NCBI GenBank assembly: GCA_041668685.1
Contig: JBAYCO010000001.1
Location: 1 to 24,536, forward strand
Source of the DNA: Victivallaceae bacterium
Lineage (GTDB): Bacteria; Verrucomicrobiota; Lentisphaeria; Victivallales; Victivallaceae
Length of the DNA: 24,536 bases
Direction: 5' to 3'
The notes under the pieces were generated by a model, which saw only the letters and a list, made by a program, of their open reading frames with translations, ran no database searches and was not told the origin of the DNA. The translations under genes were made by a program, and so were the position numbers. The first letter of the stretch is position 1; each line of letters begins with the position of its first letter. Positions 16,336 through 24,536 of the stretch are shown here, one piece after another.

Positions 16336-17406
16336 ATGAGAAAAATATTGTCATATACTTTACTGTTGTGTCTGACCGGACTGGTAAATCTAACCGGAAT
16401 GGAGGAAGAAAAAAAACTGCTCGGCTATTGGCCCATGAATGAAGGAAAAGGAGAAATTCTTAAGGATTTGAGCGGTAACGAAAACAACGGGCAGATCCAC
16501 GATGCGGTTTGGACTTCCATAGCCAAAAACAGATTTGTTTTAGATCTTAACCGTTTTGAAGGCTCTACTGACTATGCCGATTGCGGCCGCAAGCACGTAT
16601 TGAATCCGGTTCAGGCAATAACGATTGAAGCCTGGCTTTACGTCAGATCTAATCATACCGGTTATTTCATACTTAAGAAGAATGCGTATGGAATAAAGTT
16701 TTCCAAAGGACGGATTAACCTTGTCCTGTTTATGAACCGAGGGAAAACCATAAAATCACTTACAAGCTCATGCTTCCCGGAAAGAGAATGGCATCATCTG
16801 GTTTGCACATATGACCGGAAAACAATGAAAATATACGTGGACGGCAAGGAACAAAATAAGGCGGATGTCCAATACGCTATTGATTCGTCCCCGGCACCGC
16901 TCCTGCTGGGCTGTTCGCAAGGCTGGCATGACATCAATTATTTTGACGGTAGGATCAGTGAACTGAAAATATACGGCGTTGCCCTTACTGCCGAACAGAT
17001 TCAGGAACAATATAAACGTAAGGTGTCCGATTACGTTTCGAAAGATATCAAAAAACAGGTTTCTTCCGCTCCGGCTCCCGTGGCAACTTCGAAAATATAT
17101 AAAAGCATATCTGATGAACAAAGAGAAAATTGGCTGCGGGAAATCAGCCCGGTAAAAATCGACCGGCTCCAGCCCGTGGTTGAAATAAAATCCCCGGAGA
17201 AAATCCCCACTATTTTCGTTGATGGCGTTCCCAAGGGGCCGATGCTTTATACCGGCCCGTATCCGTTCACTTACCCGATAAACAGCAAATATATAAGCAA
17301 ACTGGCGGCAAACGGTATTCATGTGCATTTTCTGCCGGTCGGCGTGCTGTGCCCTTTAAAAAAAAAGTCCCTGGCGTTTATTATAAACAAGTCCTGGATC
17401 CTTTAA
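16336..17406 (+). CDS. N-terminal part of a frameshifted secreted LamG (ConA-like lectin) plus glycoside hydrolase gene
   Basis: Signal-peptide-like start; LamG motifs GYWPMNEGKG, ITIEAW, WHHLVCTYD, KIYVDG, FDGRISELKIY..ALTAEQI; then the start of a GH-like domain (TIFVDGVP...LAANGIH) that breaks at the A9 run. Confidence 0.8.
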   Translation: MRKILSYTLLLCLTGLVNLTGMEEEKKLLGYWPMNEGKGEILKDLSGNENNGQIHDAVWTSIAKNRFVLDLNRFEGSTDYADCGRKHVLNPVQAITIEAWLYVRSNHTGYFILKKNAYGIKFSKGRINLVLFMNRGKTIKSLTSSCFPEREWHHLVCTYDRKTMKIYVDGKEQNKADVQYAIDSSPAPLLLGCSQGWHDINYFDGRISELKIYGVALTAEQIQEQYKRKVSDYVSKDIKKQVSSAPAPVATSKIYKSISDEQRENWLREISPVKIDRLQPVVEIKSPEKIPTIFVDGVPKGPMLYTGPYPFTYPINSKYISKLAANGIHVHFLPVGVLCPLKKKSLAFIINKSWIL

Positions 17407-19382
17407 TAGGGGCAATCTTAAAGGGCGATCCTGAAGCGTTAATTATTCTACGGATCGGCTGCCCCACCTCGGACGAGTTTATCAGGGAATACCCTGATGA
17501 CCTGACTAAATTCAATGACGGTAAAATCGCGCATTATACCAATCCGGCAGTAGGGAATCCCGCCGGAAGATACAGTTTCGCATCTACCCAATGGGAACGC
17601 TATTACGCGCAGGCGCTGCTCGAACTTATCAACCATATCCGCAAAGCAAACTACAGTAAACACGTAATCGGTTACTTTCCTACGGCAGGCGCCTATGGGC
17701 AATGGCTATACTGGATGGATTATAACCGCCACAATTACGCTTTGGGATTCAGCCAGGCAATGCGCTGCAGTTTCAAAAATTACCTCAAATGCAAATACGG
17801 AACCAACGCCGGATTGCAAAAAGCCTGGAATGATCCGCAGGTGAATTTCGATACGGCCGCAATACCACAGAAAAGCGAACGCGAACAGTATGATTTCGGT
17901 TATTTCCGGAATCCCGCGACCCAACAGAAAACGATGGATTATTATGCTTGTCTGAACCGGGAAGTCGGGAAACGCATAATATATCTGTCCCGGGTGATAA
18001 AAAAAGCGACCGGGGGCAAGGCTCTGGTCGGTTACTTTTACGGTGCGCTCGGGTGCATTAATTACCTTTCCGGCGGTCATTCGGTATTCAAACAGGTTCT
18101 CGCCTCACCCTATGTCGATTTCCTGTCCAATCCTCCCGGCTATGAAAACCGCGGCGTCGGCAATGACGCGCCTTTTCCGTTCGTAACCGCAAGCACAAAA
18201 CTGCATGGAAAATTGTGGATCAGCGAAGCCGACACCCGCACCTGTTTTTCCGGCCCGAAACAAATTACCTGCGGCGCGCCGGAAAATCTTCAGGATTCGC
18301 TTGCGGTTTTAAAACGGGATTTTGCCCGGATCATCTGCGCAGGCGTAAACGGCTGGTGGTTTGAAATGCGGCCGGGCTGGTATGATCATCCGGATATTCT
18401 ACGGCTTTTTTCGCAAATGCAGAATATCGGCGCGCTGAGTTGTAAACTGGAGCGATCGAGTAATTGCCGGATTGCGGTTATCGCTGATCAGGAAAGCCTG
18501 CTGGTTTGTTCGTCACTTTTTCTCAGCAAGCAGATACTTGACCGTGAGCGGGTCAACGAACTCGGCAGAATCGGTTGTATGTATGATTTTTTCGAAACGG
18601 ATGACATCGCAAAACTGGACCTTGGGAAATATAAGCTTTTTATCTTCCTGAACGCGTTTTCGCTCAGCTCTGCGGAACGCGATCAATTAAGCCGCCTTCT
18701 GAAAAGAGATAACAAAGTCCTGCTCTGGGTTTATGCGCCGGGCCTGATAAATCCCGACAGTTGTCCCCAGCTTTCCCTTGCCAACATGGAATCGCTGACC
18801 GGTATGAAGTTCGGCTATCTCAAGACACGCTGCGGCATGGATATGAAAATTACGAATTATAACCATTCCCTGACGCGTAAGCTTGTCCCAAGCTGTACTT
18901 TCGGCAGTCATACCCGACTAATTACCACCGACGCATGCGGTGCTACCCCAGAAAAGCCTCGCAGGCTCAAACCATTGGCAGCCAAGCCTCAATTTTTTGT
19001 TGACGACAAGGAAGCAATAACTTTGGCTCGTTTTCTGGATTCCGGCAAACCTGGCTACGCCATCAAAAAATTTCCCGGCTGGACTTCTGTTTATGTCGGT
19101 TCAGCGTGTATCCCTGCAAACGTTTTGCGGGAAGTCGCCAGATTTGCCGGAGTTCATCTTTACCTGGAGGAAGATGAAATAGTTTACCATAATCGGAGCT
19201 TTTTGGCCGTACACACCAATACTGAAGCGAAAAGAACTATTAAACTCCCGGCAAGATCGGATGTATACGATTTATTCGAAAACAAATTAATTGCCGAACA
19301 GGTCAAGGAATTCTCCATTTTTATTCCCGCCAAAAAAACGAAACTATTTTACGTCGGTAATATCAAAAAACTGCGAAAATAA
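17349..19382 (+). CDS. C-terminal part of the frameshifted gene: GH42-like / beta-galactosidase-like catalytic barrel plus trimerisation-like domain
   Basis: DPEALIILRIG, SFAS..W, HVIGYF...G..GQW, LKCKYGTNAGLQKAWN, SPYVDFLSNPPGY, LWISEADTRT, VLLWVYAPG, FLAVHT. GTG start has no evident RBS. Confidence 0.7.
   Translation: MPFKKKVPGVYYKQVLDPLIGAILKGDPEALIILRIGCPTSDEFIREYPDDLTKFNDGKIAHYTNPAVGNPAGRYSFASTQWERYYAQALLELINHIRKANYSKHVIGYFPTAGAYGQWLYWMDYNRHNYALGFSQAMRCSFKNYLKCKYGTNAGLQKAWNDPQVNFDTAAIPQKSEREQYDFGYFRNPATQQKTMDYYACLNREVGKRIIYLSRVIKKATGGKALVGYFYGALGCINYLSGGHSVFKQVLASPYVDFLSNPPGYENRGVGNDAPFPFVTASTKLHGKLWISEADTRTCFSGPKQITCGAPENLQDSLAVLKRDFARIICAGVNGWWFEMRPGWYDHPDILRLFSQMQNIGALSCKLERSSNCRIAVIADQESLLVCSSLFLSKQILDRERVNELGRIGCMYDFFETDDIAKLDLGKYKLFIFLNAFSLSSAERDQLSRLLKRDNKVLLWVYAPGLINPDSCPQLSLANMESLTGMKFGYLKTRCGMDMKITNYNHSLTRKLVPSCTFGSHTRLITTDACGATPEKPRRLKPLAAKPQFFVDDKEAITLARFLDSGKPGYAIKKFPGWTSVYVGSACIPANVLREVARFAGVHLYLEEDEIVYHNRSFLAVHTNTEAKRTIKLPARSDVYDLFENKLIAEQVKEFSIFIPAKKTKLFYVGNIKKLRK
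17355..17367 (+). other. Slippery / homopolymer site T_TTA_AAA_AAA_AAG at the frame break
   Basis: A9 run at 17358-17366; contains both T_TTA_AAA and A_AAA_AAG heptamers in the upstream frame. A -1 shift joins the two ORFs. Confidence 0.7.
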
Positions 19383-19421
19383 AAAATTTTAAATTCCATG
19401 GGGTGACTGCGTCAGTGAAAA

Positions 19422-19961
19422 TTACCAGTCATTGCCTTGGAGATCGATGGCCCCTTCCGGGAAACTTTTCACTTTCAGGGGGAAAAACATGGCGATATTT
19501 TTTTCCGGAAGCGGCACGATATTTCCGTTTTCATCATGCCTGAGGATTTTTTGCCGAGGCAGAAGCCGCCAGCCGCACCCGGCATAAAGCTTTTCCAGTT
19601 GCGGTACGCAATACAAGAGGCCAACGTCGAAATTTCTTTTCTCCGCTTCCTGCATTGCCGCATTCATTACTTTTTCACCAAGCCCCTGTCCCCGGTATTC
19701 CGGCAGAACAAAGACATTCTGGATTCCGGCCGCCTGAAGCTGAAAATCGCCGGCCTTTATGAGCCGGTCGACAATGCCGACATGGGCGGCGATACAACCC
19801 TCGATTTCTATAATTACTGACCAGGCGGAAGCTGAACCATGCCATGCCCGGCTTTGGGAGAAAATTTCGGCATCGGCAGGAAAACAACGGCATAACGCAT
19901 TCTTTAAGTCGCGGTCAATATCCGCCGTCATGTTTTTTTCTTCTATTATCATTATTTTCAT
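19422..19961 (-). CDS. GNAT-family N-acetyltransferase (start ATG 19961; alternative ATG 19973)
   Basis: IQNVFVLPEYRGQGLGEKVM acetyl-CoA motif; LYAGCGW. GGAG RBS lies before ATG 19961. Confidence 0.85.
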   Translation of the reverse strand: MKIMIIEEKNMTADIDRDLKNALCRCFPADAEIFSQSRAWHGSASAWSVIIEIEGCIAAHVGIVDRLIKAGDFQLQAAGIQNVFVLPEYRGQGLGEKVMNAAMQEAEKRNFDVGLLYCVPQLEKLYAGCGWRLLPRQKILRHDENGNIVPLPEKNIAMFFPLKVKSFPEGAIDLQGNDW

Positions 19962-19972
19962 AGGACGCTCCA

Positions 19973-20833
19973 TCAGTTGGAACCGGCAAGCGGGAGTTTT
20001 CTGGCAGCCGGTGAACCTTCAATACCCAGAAACCTTTTTATATTGCCGGAAAAGTATTTTTCTATTTGTTTGTCGTTTAACGCCAGGCCCTGAAGGATTT
20101 TTTTATCCCTTGCGATCCAGTCCCTGTTCCAGGATAGATTGTATTCGTCGGCATATGAATCCAGACCGAAAAGAAGATTGTTTTCAATATCATAGCCAAC
20201 CGTATAAAGTTTTTTCAAAACATCCTCGCGGTAAATAACCGGCGTGCCCGGAGTGGTATCGATAAACATTTCCGTGGAAGTTTCGGGATTTAACGCCATT
20301 GCGTTGAGAAATTTTCCGTAAAGAGCAATCAGTTCGTCGCACCACGGCCAGGAAACATGCGCCAGCGCAAACTTCAGCCGAGGTATTTCCAGCAGGCATT
20401 CAAATTCCAGCGAGCGATTGTATTTCGACGATACCTTGCCGTCCCAGAGAATACCGGAATGAAACAGTATCGGTTTGTTTTTTTCGGCGATTTGCCTGAA
20501 AACCCGCATCGCCTTTTCTTCAGAAGGAAAGAAACGGTCGCAAATGATCTTGAACCCGGCAATTTCCTTTTTGCAGCACAATTCGATTTGTTCGAGAGCG
20601 TCATCCGCCAGCGGGTCCAGCCAGAAAAACGGATAAAAATCTTTTTCCCCGGCGCACCATTCCAGAACATTGTCCAGCCTTTCTTCAAAGGTATATTTCC
20701 GCAGGCAGGCAAAAAATGTTTCCGGGGGCAGCGAAAGTATAACCGCGCCGCAACCGCCGATTTCAGACAGATTTTCCCTTAAGACGCTCTTTTTTACAAG
20801 ATTTTCTTTTATATGGACATGACAGTCGATCAT
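19973..20833 (-). CDS. Amidohydrolase-family (Amidohydro_2-like) metal-dependent hydrolase
   Basis: MIDCHVH, AGFKI, PILFHSG, FALAHVSWPW, IDTT, LLFGLD. Confidence 0.82.
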   Translation of the reverse strand: MIDCHVHIKENLVKKSVLRENLSEIGGCGAVILSLPPETFFACLRKYTFEERLDNVLEWCAGEKDFYPFFWLDPLADDALEQIELCCKKEIAGFKIICDRFFPSEEKAMRVFRQIAEKNKPILFHSGILWDGKVSSKYNRSLEFECLLEIPRLKFALAHVSWPWCDELIALYGKFLNAMALNPETSTEMFIDTTPGTPVIYREDVLKKLYTVGYDIENNLLFGLDSYADEYNLSWNRDWIARDKKILQGLALNDKQIEKYFSGNIKRFLGIEGSPAARKLPLAGSN

Positions 20834-21020
20834 AAGCTAATATTCCCGATACTTTCATTTGCTAAAACCCATACGCTAACTCCGGGACCGCCTTTTTACA
20901 AACAAATCTTGAAACTTCTTTCCCTGAATTTTGCTTTATGCCGTGCAGCCGTCGGCAGGAAGGAATGTGGCCTTTTTTCAGGATATAAATGGACATTGGT
21001 GGACAAACTTCTAAATTTTC

Positions 21021-21049
21021 TTGAATTTTGTTATTATATGATCTATATT
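21021..21049 (+). promoter_or_regulatory. Candidate promoter for the PTS IIA-hyf operon
   Basis: TTGAAT-N17-TATATT, 31 bp upstream of GTG 21081. Confidence 0.45.
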
Positions 21050-21080
21050 ATTCCATTGATATTACAATAAGGCAATTGAT

Positions 21081-21764
21081 GTGAATTTAAAAATCAAAGA
21101 CATAGCTGATTTGCTTCAGATATCTGAAAAGACCGTTTACCGCTGGGTAAGGGAAAAGAAACTGCCTGCTTACCGGATAAACTATCAATACCGTTTTAAT
21201 AAAGACGAAATAAATGAATGGATATTGAAAAACAAAGCGCCCGTTTCGGACGGGGTAATAGCTTCCGCGCTCAATAATAAGAACGTAAGTTTGATCGACT
21301 GCATAAACAACGGCGGAATATATTATAAGATTGCCGGTGAAAATGTGGCGGATGTCCTGAAAAACTCCATAAACCTGATCCGGACGCCAGGCGATATAGA
21401 TAAGGAAACGATCCTATCTCTGCTCCTGAAGCGGGAAGAAATGATGAGCACCGCAATAGGTTCGGGCATAGCGCTTCCCCATCCCAGGACACCCATCATC
21501 TCGGATATTTCGAATGAAAGCGTTTCGATATGTTTCTTGAATTCCCCGGTTGACTTCAAAGCCCTGGACAATCTTCCCGTATTTGCCGTCATTATTGTTT
21601 TGAGCGCGAACCAGGCAAGACATCTTGAAATTCTTTCAAAGATATCTTATCTGTGCAGGCAGCAAAACTTCATCGGGCTCCTGAAAAAAGAACCGCTGCG
21701 GGAAGAAATTCTTGAATATATCAGGAACGAGAAAAAGAAGTGGGATAAAATAATACAAAACTGA
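21081..21764 (+). CDS. Excisionase-like HTH fused to a PTS EIIA (Ntr/fructose-type) domain
   Basis: IKDIADLLQISEKTVYRW...LPAYRI..QYRF HTH; REEMMSTAIGSGIALPHPR (phospho-His) and HLEILSKI. Confidence 0.87.
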   Translation: MNLKIKDIADLLQISEKTVYRWVREKKLPAYRINYQYRFNKDEINEWILKNKAPVSDGVIASALNNKNVSLIDCINNGGIYYKIAGENVADVLKNSINLIRTPGDIDKETILSLLLKREEMMSTAIGSGIALPHPRTPIISDISNESVSICFLNSPVDFKALDNLPVFAVIIVLSANQARHLEILSKISYLCRQQNFIGLLKKEPLREEILEYIRNEKKKWDKIIQN

Positions 21765-21775
21765 AAGACTTTATT

Positions 21776-23749
21776 ATGAACTTCTTTTTCATCGGCATTG
21801 CCATCCTTCTTCTTTCCGGACTTTTTTCCCTGTTCGTCAGGGAAACGCGCAAAGGCGCGGCCATTGCCTGCGGCAGTTTGATTTCCGGCGCCCTGATTGC
21901 GGTTCCCTGCCTGGAGTCCGTTTGCGGCGGCAAAATTTTCTCTGCCTGTCTTGAGTTTAATCAGCCGATCGGCCTCTTGAATTTTACGCTCGATCCATTA
22001 TCCGCTTTTTTCTCTCTTATTATAGTTGTTATGAGTTCAATATGCACGGTTTACGCCGCGGGTTATATGGCTTCTTACTGCAATCAGGGTAAAACCGTTG
22101 CCTCGCATTTTCTCTTTCTGGCGCTTCTGACGGTTTCGATGATCATGCTGACCGTCGTCCGGAACTATATTGCGTTTCTGATCGTATGGGAACTTATGTC
22201 ACTGTCGTCATTTTTCCTTGTGATCTTCGAAAATGAAAAGAAAGAAGTGCTGGAAGCCGGGACAAATTATTTAGTCATGATGCATGTCAGCGTTATTTTC
22301 CTGATCGCCGGTTTTGCGCTTCTCGCCAATATTTCAGGGAGCGCGGATTTCGCGGACTTTCATAAAGCTATCGAAAATCGCAAAGATATTGCCGACATCG
22401 CGTTCAGTCTGCTTTTTGCCGGTTTCGCGGTAAAAGCCGGTTTCATGCCTCTGCATTCCTGGCTTCCCGCCGCGCATCCGGCCGCGCCCAGCCATGTATC
22501 CGGACTGATGTCGGGAGTGATGATAAAGCTTGGGATATTCGGAATATTGCTGACCCTGACAATAACCGGCACGCCTTCATTGCAACTGTGTTTCGCGGTT
22601 ATGGCGCTCTCGTTGTTGTCGGCCGTGCTCGGAATGGTCTGCGCCATAGCTCAAAACGACTTGAAAAGGCTGCTTGCCTACAGCAGTATCGAAAACATCG
22701 GAATAATCGGGATTGGAATCGGAACCGGATTGCTGGGACTTTCATATGGAAACAATTCTATTGCCGCGTTGGGTTTCGGCGGAGCTCTTCTGCATGTGAT
22801 GAACCATTCCATATTCAAGGGACTTTTGTTTTACGGGGCCGGAACTGTTTACCTCGGTACGCACACCCGCAATATGGACAACCTGGGAGGACTGATAAAA
22901 AAGATGCCTTTTACCGGTTTCTTTTTTCTTGCCGGTTCCGTTGCTATTTGCGCAATGCCGCCTCTCAACGGTTTCATCAGCGAATTCCTGATATACCTCG
23001 GCATGCTTGAGAGTGCGGCTTCGAACAGCGTACTGTTTACTGCTGTTGCCACATTATCCATAGGGCTGCTCGCCTTTGTCGGGGCCATGGCCATGCTTTG
23101 TTTCGTCAAGGTTTTCAGTACGATCTTTCTGGGACATCCGCGCCGGGAACTGCCGGGAGCGGAAGCCGGCCCCGGCATGCTTATACCGATGGGGATACTG
23201 GCCGGCCTGTGTCTGCTGACAGGCCTGCTCCCGCAGTTTGTCCTGAAACTTGCGGAGCTGCCCGTTGTGGTTATTACCGGGCGTCCGTTTCCCGGTGAAC
23301 ACATCTATGCCGTCCTGAATAATATTACACTGGTCTTTTTTATCCTGATTCTGGTTTTCGCCTTACTGCTGTTTTTCAGGAAACTGCTTCTGAAGGGCCG
23401 TACAAGGACGGTTATGCCGACTTGGGGGTGCGGTTACCGGAAAGCCACTTCGAGGATGCAGTATACCGCCTCATCTTTCGCGATGCCGTTTCTCGACATG
23501 GTAAGGCCCCTGCTGAAAAAAGAGACTCAGGCCGAATTGCCGTCCGGGCTTTTTCCCGGCAGGGCCTTTTCCCGGACTCGTTTCAGCGATGTTTTCGAAG
23601 CCTGTTTGCTCAAGCCGTTCGCTGCGGCCGTTACCTGGTTTGTTTCGCGCTTTTCATGGGTACAGAACGGCAGTATGCAGCAATATATTTTTTACGGTCT
23701 TTGTTTTCTGATTTTCGCGGTTTTGTGGGTATTATACGGGGGATTTTAA
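21776..23749 (+). CDS. hyfB: Hydrogenase-4 component B-like proton-translocating membrane subunit (NuoL/MrpA family)
   Basis: FLIVWELMSLSSF, KAGFMPLHSWLPAAHPAAPSHVSGLMSG, KRLLAYSSIENIG, HSIFKGLLF, PPLNGFISE, TWGCGY...MQYTASSF. Confidence 0.85.
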   Translation: MNFFFIGIAILLLSGLFSLFVRETRKGAAIACGSLISGALIAVPCLESVCGGKIFSACLEFNQPIGLLNFTLDPLSAFFSLIIVVMSSICTVYAAGYMASYCNQGKTVASHFLFLALLTVSMIMLTVVRNYIAFLIVWELMSLSSFFLVIFENEKKEVLEAGTNYLVMMHVSVIFLIAGFALLANISGSADFADFHKAIENRKDIADIAFSLLFAGFAVKAGFMPLHSWLPAAHPAAPSHVSGLMSGVMIKLGIFGILLTLTITGTPSLQLCFAVMALSLLSAVLGMVCAIAQNDLKRLLAYSSIENIGIIGIGIGTGLLGLSYGNNSIAALGFGGALLHVMNHSIFKGLLFYGAGTVYLGTHTRNMDNLGGLIKKMPFTGFFFLAGSVAICAMPPLNGFISEFLIYLGMLESAASNSVLFTAVATLSIGLLAFVGAMAMLCFVKVFSTIFLGHPRRELPGAEAGPGMLIPMGILAGLCLLTGLLPQFVLKLAELPVVVITGRPFPGEHIYAVLNNITLVFFILILVFALLLFFRKLLLKGRTRTVMPTWGCGYRKATSRMQYTASSFAMPFLDMVRPLLKKETQAELPSGLFPGRAFSRTRFSDVFEACLLKPFAAAVTWFVSRFSWVQNGSMQQYIFYGLCFLIFAVLWVLYGGF

Positions 23750-24536
23750 ATGGCGCTTTTCTGCTTAAATATTCTGTTGCTGATTTTCGCTCCGCTGCTT
23801 ATGGCGGGGATCATAAAAAGAGTCAAGGCGCTTTGGAGCGGCAACAAAGGACCATCTCTGTTCCAGCCTTTCTATGATATTTTTCGCCTCCTGAAAAAGG
23901 GCGAAGTCGTCAGTTCCGCCTCCTCATTTGTTTTCCGCGCGGCTCCGGTTGTTTCTCTCGCCGCCGTCATAACGGCGGCGTTGTTCGTACCGCTTGCGGG
24001 GCGGCAGGCATTCCTCAGTTTCAACGGTGATTTTTTGGCGTTTGCATATCTTCTGGCCCTCGGCAAATTCTTCATGATCGCGGGCGCGATGGATACGGGG
24101 AGCAGTTTCGAAGGCATGGGCGGCAGCCGGGAAGCGGCTTTTTCCACATTTGCCGAACCGGGTTTCCTGATACTGCTTGCGTCGCTTTCGTTAATCGCCG
24201 GCTGCAAGTCGTTCAGCGACGTTTTTTCCGCTTTGCACGGCGCCGGAACTTTTAATTTCATTCTGGCGGCGCTGGTTTCGCTTTCCCTGTTTATCTTTAT
24301 CCTGGCGGAAGCATGCCGCATTCCGGTGGACGACCCCGAAACGCATCTGGAGCTTACCATGATCCACGAAGTCATGATCCTGGATAATTCCGGGCCGGGA
24401 CTCGCTTTCATGATCTATGGAAATTATCTCAAAATGTTTCTCCTGGCGTCTTTGATCGCTTCCGCGCTGCTCCCGCAGGGCTGGCCGCCCGCGGCCGAAA
24501 TATCGCTTTTTGCGGGGGCGGTTGCCGGTGTTGCAA
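23750..24536 (+). CDS. hyfC: Hydrogenase-4 component C-like membrane subunit (NuoH/HycD family), 3'-truncated by the window end; not in the ORF track
   Basis: My translation from ATG 23750: MALFCLNILLLIFAPLLMAGIIKRVKALWSGNKGPSLFQPFYDIFRLLKKG...DTGSSFEGMGGSRE...RIPVDDPETHLELTMIHEVMILDNSG. Confidence 0.85.
   Translation, partial: MALFCLNILLLIFAPLLMAGIIKRVKALWSGNKGPSLFQPFYDIFRLLKKGEVVSSASSFVFRAAPVVSLAAVITAALFVPLAGRQAFLSFNGDFLAFAYLLALGKFFMIAGAMDTGSSFEGMGGSREAAFSTFAEPGFLILLASLSLIAGCKSFSDVFSALHGAGTFNFILAALVSLSLFIFILAEACRIPVDDPETHLELTMIHEVMILDNSGPGLAFMIYGNYLKMFLLASLIASALLPQGWPPAAEISLFAGAVAGVA

Noticed and set aside
10857-19421. The nan/GH cluster as part of a larger tRNA-Gln island
   Set aside because: No third att copy or mobility gene was found downstream of 10856 in this window.
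20834-21080. Riboswitch or 85-aa ORF (20813-21070) upstream of the PTS IIA-hyf operon
   Set aside because: I could not match any riboswitch consensus by eye; the ORF lacks an RBS and spans the predicted promoter. An Rfam scan would settle it.
239-24411. Numerous antisense or alternate-frame ORFs over the large genes (e.g. 239-643, 1628-2044, 5590-6072, 6484-6912, 13448-13777, 16768-17328, 19437-19820, 22588-23010, 23422-23877, 23872-24411)
   Set aside because: They lie mostly or wholly over well-supported CDSs on the opposite strand or in another frame and have no family motifs.

Overview
Bacterial window, probably Lentisphaerota/PVC (inferred from two prepilin-like H-X9-DG-type genes embedded in glycan-use loci). 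Left to right: (1) a cluster of 3-nt-loop hairpins at the edge; (2) a minus-strand module of LacI regulator, prepilin-like protein and DUF4838-type secreted protein; (3) a housekeeping DUF368-lgt-rluD operon; (4) tRNA-Gln(TTG) carrying a 3,517-bp minimal integrative element. The element has 51-bp att repeats, candidate integrase arm sites, a tyrosine integrase, a YhcG/DUF1016 PD-(D/E)XK nuclease and an XRE regulator, and the yhcG gene holds three in-frame 39-bp units each built on a DNA palindrome; (5) an amino-sugar locus: nanE, DUF4127 and a TIM-barrel isomerase, divergent from a GntR/LacI regulator, a second prepilin-like gene and a LamG-glycoside hydrolase gene split by a -1 frameshift at an A9 run; (6) amidohydrolase plus GNAT; (7) an HTH-PTS IIA gene followed by hyfB/hyfC-like membrane subunits of a group-4 hydrogenase-type complex, truncated at the window end. 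All family calls come from motif recognition by eye, not database searches.
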